Positions 1 to 12,760 of a stretch of DNA of 64,000 nt are shown here, one piece after another. Where the stretch lies: the NCBI RefSeq assembly GCF_006345805.1, contig NC_043003.1:75082001-75146000 (forward strand). The letters run 5' to 3'. A program made the position numbers and the translations under genes. The DNA comes from Octopus sinensis (lineage: Eukaryota). The notes under the pieces were generated by a model. It worked only from the letters and a program-made list of their open reading frames with translations, was not told the DNA's origin and ran no database searches. The stretch's first letter is position 1; the number at the start of each line of letters is the position of its first letter.

Positions 1-179
1 GTTTTTATGGCATAATATATGATGCTATATCACGCCATTATACCATGCTACAGTTACTAGAGATGTTCAGCGTAGATAGTTTGAGGCGCCTTTTACAAGA
101 TACATATACACTTATAATATATACTAGCATACACACACACGTGTATGTATGTGTATGTATGTATATGTGTGTGAGTGTG

Positions 180-219
<40 letters not shown>

Positions 220-266
220 AAAATATGTATGTATATATGTACATAAATATATAATATGTATATATA

Positions 267-312
<46 letters not shown>

Positions 313-896
313 TATTATATATATATATATATATTATATATATATATATGTGTGTGTGTATGTATGTATATATATATATATATAGCGATACTCACCATGG
401 CCACAGCTCGTGAGCTGAAACTAGATAAAATGAATGAAAAATGAAAAAAAATGTATATATATAAATATATATATGTGTGTGTGTATGTATGTGTGTGTGT
501 ATTACTTCATATGTGTCCCTCTCCGTGTTTAGGCATGTGTGTTTGTAATAGTATGTATATGTGTGCGTTTGTGTGTGTACGTTTGTGTGTACAGATATTT
601 ATATTTGACGACTGAATATTTGAAATATCCTTTAAATTATAACTTGCAATGTCTCGTCTAAGAGGAAATCGAATGCAAGTGTATTAAACTACCCTATAAG
701 ATTAAAAAGGTAATTATGTTAGTCGTTGTGAATCTTCCCTGAAACACAACAGTGAAAAAGCACACGCGTACGGAGGAACACGCATACACTCAAGCACATA
801 TACACATTGACGGGTAGATAATAAGGTATCGATATATACTATATGTCAATACAAATATGCCCATGTAGATATAGACACACACACACACACACACAA

Positions 897-960
<64 letters not shown>

Positions 961-964
<4 letters not shown>

Positions 965-2850
965 ATGGCAATCCCTCAAAGGTCGAGGATGATGGTCTTC
1001 GCGCAAATTTACTGGTGAGTTCGTAGGTGACCGATAAGACCAATTCTTGCTTGAAAAGATCGGTCGCAGTGCCGACATCTAGTGCCGGAAGGGAGAGTCG
1101 CACGTGGTTGTTGTTGGCGCTCCTTCCGTCGCCGTCTTTTCTCCTCCAGCTCTGCAGACCTTTTAGACTCGAAAGTCGCCGTTCCCTCATGGATGGCGGT
1201 TTTCCAGAGTGGTTTGTTTTTTGCCGTTTCCTCCCACTTAGTGAAGTCGGGATCACACTTTTTGAGGTCCGTTTACAGGGAGACCTTGTAGCGTTTCTTC
1301 TGGCCTCCTTTTGTACGCTTGCCGTCTTTGAGTTGGGAGTAGAAGATCTGTTTGGGAAGTCGTTCGTCAGTCATTCTAACCACGTGGCCGCTCAATCTTA
1401 GTTGGCCTTTGATGACATAGGCTTCGATGCTGGTCGTTTTTGCTTCTTGTAGCACGCTGGCTTTAGTTCTTCTGTTCTGTCTTCCTAACTGATGTTAAGG
1501 ATCTTTCGAAGACAGCATTGGTGAAATTTCTCGAGCGTTTTCAGGTGGTGACTATACGGCGTTCAGGTTTCGGATGCGTAAAGGAGGGTTGGAACAATGA
1601 CTGCCCTGTACACCATGAGTTTGGTTTCGGTTCGGATGTCCCGATCAGCAAAAACTCTTGTTCGAAGCTTGCCGAAAGCTGTTCCTGCACACTTCAGACT
1701 GTGTTGGATTTCATCGCTGAGTTCTACCTTTGCTGACAGATGGCTTGCAAGGTAGCAGAAGTGGTTCACATTTTCCAGTGGAATTCCTTCGAGTTGAATC
1801 GATGGCGGGTTGTCAACACGGGCATAGGGAGGAGGTTGGTAGAGTAAGTGAGTCTTCTTGATGTTGATGCTCAGTCCAAGTTTAGTATATGCATGATGAA
1901 AAGCATTTAGGATCTGTTGGAGATGATCCTCTCTGTAAGCTGTTGTCGTCGGCATATTGGAACTCTAGCAAGCTTCGCGCCATTGTCTTTGACGTACTTT
2001 TGAGGTGAGCGAGGATGAAAAGCTTGCCGTCCATTCTGTACGAGAACTCGATGCCAGGTGGAAGGTCATCTCGTATGATGTGCAACATTGTCGCAATAAA
2101 GATGGTAAAGAGAGTTGGCGCTATCACGCAGCCTTGCTTCACACCGGAGGTGACTTTAAAGGGCTCAGAACTACCTCCGTCGGTCTGAACTCTGGCGTGC
2201 ATATTGTCGTGGAGTAGTTTGAGGATCCGGATGAACTTATCTGGGCGTCCATACTGGGCGAGAATATCCCAGAGAAGCTCTCGCGAGACACGATCAAAGG
2301 CTTTGGATAGGTCGATAAATGCCAAATAGAGCGGTTGGTGTTGCTCACGACATTTTTCTTGTAGCTGTCACAGCGTGAAGATCAAGTCGGTTGTGCTTCG
2401 TGATGGCCAAAGCCGGTCTGCGTCTCAGGAAGGATCCTCTCTGACAGCATTTTGAGGCGGTTGTTCAGGATGCGTGCAAGAATCTTCCAAGCAGTTGCTA
2501 ATAAGGAAATACCCCGGTAATTTCCACACTCAGAACGATCGCCCTTTCGTTTGTAAATGGTAATAATGCTAGCATCCCTGAAGTCGGATGGTACAACTTC
2601 ATTTGTCCAGATTTTTACCAAGAGTTGGTGGAGCTGGTCTTGGACAAAATCACCTCCCAGTTTGTAGATCTTAGGTGGGATTCCGTCAGGACCCGCGGCT
2701 TTGTTGTTCTTCATCGCTATGATAGCAATTTTGACCTCTTCGAGGGATGGAATTCGAGCGAGAGAGAGTAATCTTTGGCCTCTTTAGGAATCATGTCAAG
2801 TATGCTTTTGTCGATGGTAGCCTTGTGATTGAGGACTGGAGAGTAAAGAC
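961..2850 (-). mobile_element. RTE-clade LINE, 5'-truncated, frameshifted reverse transcriptase pseudogene
   Basis: Consecutive minus-strand ORFs carry ordered RT motifs: MKNNKAAGPDGIP, YRGISLL, AFIDLSKAFDRV, GVKQGCVIAPTLF, QYADD, FCYLASHLS, then IKGQLRLSGHVVRMTDERLPKQIFYSQLKDGKRTKGGQKKRYK. The 3' end runs into (AT)n, and (TA)n lies near both ends. Confidence 0.95.
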
Positions 2851-2934
2851 GGATCGACCATCCTGAAAAGCAACACCGAAATAGGAGACAGATGGAGAGA
2901 ACACTTCGATGATATATATATATATATATATATA

Positions 2935-3140
2935 TATACATTCGCTGCTTTCTTCCAAGGAACCTAATACTCTTAGTTTTTACTTGGGGCTGTCCAAATT
3001 GGAGCAATCTCGAGTATAACCAGCCGAAATTGCAAAGATAATCTAGAACTCAACTGTTTAGAAAACTCCGATTGAGCCGACCTTGTTTTCTTTGTGTGGT
3101 CTGTCTGGATGTTTTGCGTCCTTGCCCCACTTTTTGTATA
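2935..3140. repeat. Interspersed repeat fragment, same family as 49630-49990
   Basis: TTGGGGCTG...TTGGAGCAATC..G..T.TAACCA.CCGAAATTGCAAAGAT...AGAAAACTCC is shared with 49799-49890. Confidence 0.7.
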
Positions 3141-3420
3141 CATACATATACATACATACATACATATATATATAGAGAGAGACATACGCAAGTGCAGGAT
3201 ACAGGGGAGAATGTAAAACTACTTCTTTAAATCCAAGAAAAAAAGTATTGCCTCTGTGTGTGTGTATGTGTGTGTGCATGTGTGTATGTATGTGTGTATA
3301 AATTGAATTAGAGTTTATGTTAACCACATGAAGAGATGATCATCCGAGGAAATATTGGTTCAATACCTAGTATTTTGGGGAATTAATTTCCTTAAAATAA
3401 TAGGTACACATATAAAAACA

Positions 3421-3843
3421 TATAGTTTATATTATATAAAAGAAGAAACAGAAAATGTAATTTGGGAAGATAACAATTGTTTATAATTAACAGCAAATAA
3501 ATCACCATCATCCCTTACAGGCCTTTTCAGTTAATACTCAGTAAATATTAAATAAATATTTAATTTATACTACCTGATCATAATGTCTTCAGGGGAGGAA
3601 ATACATATCTTTTGATGTTTCATATGTGTTTATGGTTTCAAACACATATAAAACATCCAAGGGTATATCTTTTTCCCTCTGACGTTATTATCCTCAGATC
3701 ATATAAATTTAATGTTTACTTAATATTTACTGAGATTTAATTCAAATAGCTATAAGGAATGCTGATTAATTTGATGTTAATAACAAACAATTATTAACTT
3801 CCAAATCTCTATTTTTTTAATCTTCTTATATATGTATAAAATA
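3421..3843. mobile_element. Fold-back (MITE-like) palindromic element, about 420 bp
   Basis: Two imperfect inverted arms of about 200 bp meet at ATATGTGTTT-atggtttc-AAACACATAT (centre about 3635). CTCAGTAAATATTAA at 3537 is mirrored by TTAATATTTACTGAG near 3720. Confidence 0.8.
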
Positions 3844-4600
3844 TTCGTAGCTACTTTAACATGGCTGCATTTTCAGCGGGTTCACACACAAACACACATA
3901 CACACGCATATGTATGTATGTATAACCTCTTAATAATTAACGAATATCAAATAGGTTGGATGCGGGAAGAAGTTATACATGTTTAGACTCCTGTAAATGT
4001 GCCGAAAAAATCATTTCTTGCAAGAAACATTTGCTAAAAGTCATTGAAATTCTATTATTGGCTGACGAAATTCCGTCCGTAATCCTGCGGATGGCACCGC
4101 TGAAGTTATTTCAACGCATCACTGATCATCTGAGTCAGGTAGCCATGCCGAATGCTTGCTATAAAACAATATTGTTCAAACATATTTTCTTAAACATTTT
4201 TTGCGTGTCTTGTTTGGTCCCCAATATTTAGCGACCTATTAGTAAGTAACATACAAATAAGTAATATGAATGTAACTATTATTCATCTGCTGATCGTAGA
4301 TACTTGTTCTTGTAATAAATAACGTTTAATAGTATCTCTTATTTTCGGTAGCCATACTGGTCAGTATGTGAATGTGTTCATTGTTCCTGGTTTTGGTGTT
4401 GGTTATTTTGCTCTTCATACTGTTATTTATCTCAATTATTGTATTTGTGAATAACCCAGCGATAATTATGCGAGATATTCTACATATCTTGTGGTATTTC
4501 GTTTCACTGTAAATAATTTCCCTGTAAATATGACTACTATCTGTAATAATTCGGGCTCGCGCATCCACACTGTTTTATGTTAAATTCTTCATTATGAGGT

Positions 4601-4799
4601 GCAGGAGTGGCTGTGTGGTAAGCAGTTTCCTTACCAACCACATGGTTCCGAGTTCAATCTCCCTGCATGGAACCTTCGATAAATGTCTTCTGCTATAGCT
4701 TCTGGTCCACCAAAGCCTTGTGAGTAGACACTGAATGAAGCCCGCCGTATATCTGTCTATCTATCTATCAATCATCTCTCTTTCTATGTCTCTCTCTCC

Positions 4800-4836
<37 letters not shown>

Positions 4837-4917
4837 GATAGATAGATATGTATATATACAATATATATACACATATATATACATATACATATATATATAT
4901 GTATATATGTATATATA

Positions 4918-4991
<74 letters not shown>

Positions 4992-5190
4992 ATATGTGTG
5001 TGTGTGTGTTTGTGTGTCTTTATTTGTCCCCTCAACATCGCTTGTCAACCGATGTTGGTGTGTTTACCTCGCCGCAATCTAGCGTTTCGGCAAGAGATCA
5101 ATAGTATAAGTCCAGCGTTTGTTCGACTAAAGGCGCTGCCCGAGCGTGGCCGCATCCAAATGATTGAAACAAGTAAAAGAATAAAAGAAT
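4601..5190 (+). mobile_element. tRNA-derived SINE family 1 (head, internal microsatellite, conserved tail)
   Basis: Head GGAGTGGCTGTGTGGTAAG...GGTTCCGAGTTCAATC is A/B-box-like. Tail ...GGCCGCA.TC.AATGA.TGAAACAAGTAAAAGA recurs at four other loci in this window. Confidence 0.85.
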
Positions 5191-5814
5191 AAATGAATCA
5201 GTTAATCCATCCACAGTAACAGCAAATTATAAAATTTATTTGCAGCACCGAATAATTCATGCATTACCCACTGATATCGATAAGTTTACAAGCTAAACAG
5301 AAAGCAGCTAATTTTCTAACAAAATCTATTCAGTATTCTCTCGATTACTAATAATGAATGTATATCAACAAGTTTTAAATACATACAACATATATAATAC
5401 GATTTCACATACACAATCGGAAATTCTGCAGGTGTGTAAATATATCACAAGAAGACATAAATTATTGATGAACAAACGTGTAAGAATACAAAAAATAGAA
5501 AATAAGAGGCGACTGCGTTGACAGATAATTGTTCATTATTAAAAATTTGTAATGTTTCTTTCAGGTGGTTTTTCCTTGAATTCTAATTATTATTCTAATT
5601 ATTTCCAATCGTTTTTCAGTATATTTTTGTTCTTTCTATATCACAATAGGTAAAAAAAACAGACTTGAGATGACAAGCTTCATGATAAATTATAAAGCAA
5701 ACTTCAGGTGCATGGCAAAAGGAATGATTTCCAATATTGGTTTCAAATTCTGAAACCAGCAGGATAGTGAGGAGGAACCAAATCGATTAAATCGTTTCCA
5801 GTGTTCAAGTAGCA

Positions 5815-5943
5815 CTGTAATCGGTTCCGAAAGGATGAAAGACAAAGTTGACCTGCTCGGAATTTGAAAACAGACGATAGAGACGGACGAAATGCCGCTG
5901 AGCGTTTTGTCCGGCATGCTAACCATTCCGACTGCCCGCCACC
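5815..5943 (-). mobile_element. tRNA-derived SINE family 2, degenerate
   Basis: Reverse complement aligns to the head of 51508-51780 (GGCGG.GAG.TGGCAGAA..GTTAGCA.GCCG...TTCAAATTCCG.C.AGGTC.ACTTTG). Confidence 0.7.
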
Positions 5944-5989
5944 TTGGAATGATTTTCAATATTGAAATCAAAGATAACGAGGCAAATCA

Positions 5990-6600
5990 TTAGCTTCACT
6001 CGGGGAATGCATGCAGGACTAAGTGATTGAACCTTGCCAATCTGCAAGCTTCATGCTTGATGGTTGTTTTTCGTCTCTGGATGGACAGTGAATTATTCGG
6101 TAACATGTCGTTGAATGTTACCTAGTGCTTTCGTGGTAAATTTCCATAAAAGGTGAGAGTTAACACGCATCGTTGAAAATCCAAACGGAAAAAGTGGGGT
6201 GATAAGTTTAAGCTCTAAATGATGTATCGCTCGTATGTCTGCTGTTATGGAATGCATTCTTATTTTCTCCAAACATTGAGAGGCACATGGATAGGGTTCC
6301 TTGAAGGTTTTTGGATAGCACGTGAAGAGGCCAAATTGGTAGTACCAGCCAACATCGATGTATGATAATTATATCTGGTTAAGTACACAGTTCTCTGAAC
6401 ATCCATTATATGGCGGAAACTATTTAGCAAGACGGAGGATGACTCACCCGGAGGAAAATAAAAGAATCACCCCACAAACACACACACGCCATAAATCAAC
6501 TTACATTCAGTATAAGGATTTGATGATCTTGTATCGCTACGTACCTAACATACCATAGCTTGATGCGAAGTCAGGAACATTGCCCAAGTTTTGCTTGTGT
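5990..6600 (-). mobile_element. Probable highly decayed Penelope-like GIY-YIG segment
   Basis: Only fragmentary resemblance on manual translation, with many stops. It lies next to a PLE-type hammerhead terminus in the same orientation. Confidence 0.3.
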
Positions 6601-6650
6601 CCGTCACTCCTTATAACCAACTCACACGAATATGTATATATACACACGCA

Positions 6651-6689
<39 letters not shown>

Positions 6690-6695
<6 letters not shown>

Positions 6696-6877
6696 GGATG
6701 GAGTTGAACGACGAATTAACAAAATTCCTTTATTTTCGACATGTGTTTCGAAGGCTGCATATTCCTAATTGCGAAGGAAAAAGGAGTATATTATGCCGCT
6801 TTCTCATCAGGAAAAGCAAGGAACTTATGTCAACATCAAGATGCACAAACAATTTTAGAAGACTGCTCACACGGAGC

Positions 6878-6890
<13 letters not shown>
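6690..6890 (-). mobile_element. Penelope-like terminal (pLTR) fragment
   Basis: Clearly similar to 55295-55460, which lies 3' of a GIY-YIG ORF. Contains a hammerhead motif. Confidence 0.75.
6733..6815 (-). ncRNA. Type I hammerhead ribozyme motif (family A), near-intact
   Basis: Minus strand reads UUUUC-CUGAUGA-GAAAGCGGCAUA...UAUGCAGCCUUC-GAAA-CACAUG-UC-GAAAA. Stem I is 5 bp, stem II pairs at 10 of 12 positions, stem III is short, and the cleavage triplet is GUC. Confidence 0.8.
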
Positions 6891-6908
<18 letters not shown>

Positions 6909-6949
6909 GCACACATGCACATACACATCGAGGCATTTATATATATATA

Positions 6950-6997
<48 letters not shown>

Positions 6998-7411
6998 TAT
7001 ACATACCGGTATAATATACAAGGTATATGGTATATTTTTTATTTATGCTTTCCCTACTGTATATATCATTGGCTTCATGCATATTCTATTATATTCTTCT
7101 CCTCCTTTTTGTTATACCAATTTCTATTTGTTTTTCATGTTTCAATATATATATACACCAATTTTGCTATTTCTAAACAATTCAGCACATTCTTCAGATT
7201 AATTGCACAGCTTTCTCTTCACAAACAGACGTTTATATATAATTTGCTGCAAGGCAATTTAATTGTAAACGCATTTTGCATATTAGTAATGATATACCGA
7301 CTTACTATTAAACATGATAGACTAAATATTAAACACTCTAGCGTTCACTTACACGGAATATCCTTCACATTCCTAGTTAACTGAAAGTTTTGCGCCTAAT
7401 TGAATTGTATG

Positions 7412-7537
<126 letters not shown>

Positions 7538-7855
7538 TAATAATAATAATATAATAATAATAATATAATAATAATAATAATAAAATAATAATAATCTCGT
7601 TACAACTTTTTAACATATATCTTTCTACTCACGTTACAAAATCCAACATTTGCCGTTTTTGCTCACTGATATGACGAGGAAAACAACATCACAAACTATG
7701 ATATATAGTTGTATACATCCAGTTTTCATTAAACGATTTAGCAATTATTTTCTTGTTACAGTTAGGAAGCTAGACTGTAATATATAGAAACAGCATTCCT
7801 CATCATGTTATTAAGCAACCAAAAGTCACCCAAATCCTTTTATATTTTCGATGTA

Positions 7856-7936
<81 letters not shown>

Positions 7937-7943
7937 GATCAAC

Positions 7944-7999
<56 letters not shown>

Positions 8000-8001
<2 letters not shown>

Positions 8002-8985
8002 TGGAGTTTAACGTAGGTGATATTTAAATTCTTTTACTTTCGAAACATGTCTCGAAGATATCACTGATATTATTCCAAAAGAATAAAATGGTGTAAAAAT
8101 GTAATATTCTCTTCAGGGTAGTGAAGAAATGAAACATGTCAATAAGACGTTTTAACAGAAAATGATGGATATGTATAGTGATTAAACTGAAATTTAATTT
8201 TGTTTTAAAAAAGTTATACGACATAACCTCAGAAGTGGCCTACTGAAAGAGGGGGGATAAAGTAAAGAAAAAATAAATGAGAGGTACATGGCTATATGTA
8301 TATTAAATAAAACCTTATAGATTAGAAAAGATATATATCTAGTGAATGTGAAATGTAAAAAGAAATCTAATGTGTAAAAGGTAAATTAATGTGGTCTTGT
8401 GGTTTCTTAGATTCCCAAATTAATTTATTATGCCCTGTACTGTTACGTTTATTCCTATCCCTAAATGTCGAGTAGTGATTAGAAATTCTTCTAGATAACT
8501 GTGAAGTCGTGCTTCCTATATAAAAATATACTTGATTACGAGTAGCAATTTTACACTGGTATATAGAATTTTTAAACTTGATTCTGTTGTAATTGACTTC
8601 AGATAAAATAACCTTGCTATTAATATTTCTTGAGGGATTGATGGCATTAGCTAAATTATTATTAGTATTAGTAAATTCATTAATATTTAACAGGTTGTTA
8701 TTATGTGAAGAGATAATTTGTAAGAGATTTTTTTTATGTTGGAAAAACAATCCTAACCGTATGTGAGTTGATAATAGAGTAATATCTAGAATTCTTTGGA
8801 AGATTCCTAATAATAGTTTCACGAAACTGCATTGGGACATTAGATTTAATTTCCTCCGGTATGGAATAATTAACCAAATGGTTTTACCATTAGTTATCTT
8901 ATTTTTAGTGTTATTATTTATGAAAGACTTAAGTTTACCTTTAGAATTTCGAATTTAGAAATATTAGGAATTTTTCAAAGAATTC
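8000..8985 (-). mobile_element. Penelope-like element 3' fragment (GIY-YIG endonuclease plus terminus)
   Basis: ORF 8367-8840 contains NSIYQCKI...YFYIGSTTSQLSRRISNHYSTFR. A degenerate hammerhead-like motif (CUGAAGA...GAGAC) lies at about 8036-8120. Confidence 0.85.
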
Positions 8986-8992
8986 TTCAATA

Positions 8993-9400
8993 GGCGCAGG
9001 AGTGGCTGCGTGGTAAGTAGCTTGTTTACCAACCACATGGTTCCGGGTTCAGTCCCACTGCGTGGGACTTTGGGCAAGTGTCTTCTACTATAGCCTGTGC
9101 CCACCAAAGCCTTGTGAGTGGATTTGGTAGACGGAAACTGAAAGAGCCCGTCGTATATATATATATATATATATATATACGTGTGTTTGTTTGTATGTTT
9201 GTGTTTATCCCCTTAGCATTGGTTGACAACCGATGCTGGTGTGTTTATGTCCCCGTTACTTAGCGGTTCGGCAAAAGAGACCGATAGAATAAGTACGTGG
9301 CTTACAAAACAATAATTTCTGGGGTCGAGTTGCTCGATTAAAGGCGCTGCTCCAGCATGGCCGCAGTCAAATGACTGAAACAAGTAAAAGAGTAAAAGAG
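8993..9400 (+). mobile_element. SINE family 1 copy
   Basis: Head GGCGCAGGAGTGGCTGCGTGG...GGTTCCGGGTTCAGTCCC, then (TA)n, then tail ending GAAACAAGTAAAAGAG. Confidence 0.9.
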
Positions 9401-10854
9401 AGTATATGTATCGCTCTGTTGTGAAATTTGATTTGTTATATATTATGAGAGATGCAGTATTAAGACGGAGAGTGAATATTTGAACCTGGATGTTCAATTC
9501 TATATCAGTATAGTTTGTTCTAATAGAACCTCCACGTTTACGTTTGAACAGAATACAATCATTCTGAATAGAAAATAAAAACGCCATTCCGTCAGTTACG
9601 GAGAGAGTCTGTTCATGTAATTAACGTGTAATGGCTGAAAATCCCATTGACACGCTTACTCACAATGCAGTTCGCATTGGGATTCAAAGTAACGCAGAAT
9701 GTGACGACGTTAGCCCTTTTCAATCACAGGTACCACTCATTTTTTTTCCCATTCTGATGGAGTGGAACAGCGTAAAATGTAGCATCTTGCCGAAAAACAC
9801 ATTTCGCCGCCGGTACTAATCTTAGTATTAGTATATAGTACCTTTGCATTTCATAGTTTCTGATTTACTAGTAACTATTACTCCATCACAGTTTTATATC
9901 ATCGTGCCATATTTTCGTATAAACCATTCATCAGTGTTGTATAGCGTGATACACTTGTTTACCGAACAACACATCTCATTAGCATAACTTTGAACATATT
10001 CTAAAACATCACCAATTGCTTCTATCCAGCTATTCATTATAGTATTTGCTCCAATAATTTAAGATGCAAAGCTCTTGAATGCGTTTTATAATTACAAACC
10101 TGTACTAAAATTTTATATAGTATGTACTATACATAACTTGTTTTCCTCACAAGCCACTATCATTATCAATTCTTTGCACAAACACCCACTCTATATTTAA
10201 TCACTCAAATTAACTTCACGTAATTCAAATCTGGAAAACTTTATATCTTTTGTAACACCTTGAAAGTTATGATTCAACTTCACTTTCCGCATCGATATAA
10301 GCTGAAAATTATTTCACACTAAATCTTATTCACGCAGTCTGAATATAAACCCATATATATAAAAAAAAATTACAACTCTCAACTAGAGAAGTTATTCATT
10401 TCTCTTTAAGCATTCGCTATGTGTTTATTCTTTTTGTGTTCGTGGATTAAATTTAAAAAAAAAATTCTTTATTCTTAGCGTCACATCATGTCAGAGAATA
10501 GGGAGACACGTATACGTGATTCAGTACTTCCTGCCTGTAACACATACACACACGTGCATACATATATCCACAAATGCACACCATTGCAAGAAAACACACA
10601 CACAAATATGTACGTACATGCATACATTCAGCTATTCATACATGATACATACATTCATGCATGCATGCATACACATATACATGTCATACATCTAAGTGCA
10701 ATACAACAGCTTCTTTAAGAAGTTTTGTTTGTAGACGCGAATTCTCATCTTCAATCGTTATGTTTGATATATTCTGCACATGTTATAGCCTTAAGCCAAT
10801 CCATTAACTGTAAATCGACTGTGCCAAAAAAGAAATTTTAGCAGCCCGTCGTAT

Positions 10855-10891
<37 letters not shown>

Positions 10892-12298
10892 CTGACTGAC
10901 AAATATATGTAGTTCGATGTACGCATCACAGAATGTTCTACTTATCATCACACTTCTTAAGCTTCGTGTGTCTAGAAAAAGTTCATATAATCAGATGATC
11001 GGTGTGAAAGTTAATATAAAAGAAATAGAACTTACCATTTCTGTGGCACCATTAAGATCTCTGTTGATTACATCAAGTCAGATATTTCTTCAATATATTC
11101 TAACAAAATCAAGCTTTACGTTCTAAGGCCCACTTTGTAAATCAGACCGGGTGTTGGTGACAGATGTTTACTATTATGTAGAAGTGTATATCTGGCTCAT
11201 CAGTCCTTATATAAGCATCATCACCTGGTGCAACATACAGAATGTTAACATAAGTTATCAATCGTCCTCTAACGTAAAGCATTTAAGTCACAGCAATTTG
11301 TAGGTCGGCAATTGAACAATTTGATTGTGCCGGGCTACGCGCAATTGTTTGTGATTTTTCATGTAATGGGCATAGGATTTATATAATCCACCAATGCTCC
11401 TTGCGCAGCTAGGCCAAGCCCGATATGTCTGAGTTATATGCAGCTAATGACTTGTATTTCATTTGCAGTGTGTCTGTCAGATTGCAGTATTTGGATATGC
11501 TGTTCTCTTATAGTTGAACTCCGGTAGGGCGTTGATAGTATGAAACAGTGTTGCCTTTATAGGGCCTGTGCTCACATCGAGCACATTGAATGGATATAAT
11601 CTCTATTTTTGATAAGGGGTTTACAGCAAATTTCTCACTTGCAGTTCATAGAAAGCATTGTGTAATTTGACACAGTGAAACTAATAATCTCAAAATACGA
11701 AACTATTGTACACGATGTACCTGAAATTTGCAGCTAACGTCTCTACTATTTGTAGCACTGAACATTTGGACTAAGGCTAAAATGTCCATTTTTGGAGACT
11801 GCCAACTAACTGACGCCGCGAACATACCACGATCAACACATGGTAAATTTATATTAAAAAAAAAACATTTTCTAAGCTCTCAAATGTAGGCTTAAATATT
11901 CTCACTTAGTAGCACTTGTTTAATTTATATTGCCTTCCGGTTGGCACCGAACATATGTTGTAAAGCTGTCTACGCGTCTACGCCGACGAAATGTAAAACC
12001 ATGCAGAAACGTCAAGCACATACACATACACAGGAACACACACACGTACATACATGCGCGCAAAATATATTTTGGGAAAACAAATACATTTAAGCAAATT
12101 CAGAGTAAGTGGTGAAATATTGGGGCTACTCCAGCATATAGACACTCTAAATTGCACTTCTTATTTGAATCTCTGATAAAATTGTAAGGTATTACTTAGG
12201 CACTCGAATATGAGATCTCCACATGTCACTGTAGAAACACCAGTAAGAAACATCTGTAAGTGAAGTCATAAAACAGCTGGTTATTCCTTTGTCGATAT

Positions 12299-12355
<57 letters not shown>

Positions 12356-12374
12356 AACACACACATATATATAT

Positions 12375-12543
12375 GTATGTAGATAAATAGATTGATAGAT
12401 AGATAAATAGATAGATAGATAGAAAGATAGATAGATAGATATATAGATTGAAAGATAGATAGATAGACAGATAGATAGCTAGATAGATAGATAGATAGAT
12501 AGATAGGTAGATAGATAGATAGGTATCTAGCTAGCTAGCTAGC

Positions 12544-12619
<76 letters not shown>

Positions 12620-12652
12620 ATGATAGATAAATAGATAGACAGTTAGATAGAT

Positions 12653-12743
<91 letters not shown>

Positions 12744-12760
12744 TATAGATAGATAGATAA
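12375..12760. repeat. (AGAT)n microsatellite
   Basis: About 380 bp of nearly pure GATA repeat. Confidence 0.95.

Noticed and set aside
4326-4568. 80-aa minus-strand ORF as a host exon
   Set aside because: No recognisable family, no convincing splice context, and no neighbouring exons.
11165-11215. CTGATGAG on the minus strand, also at about 16437
   Set aside because: No downstream stem II-GAAA-UH arrangement.
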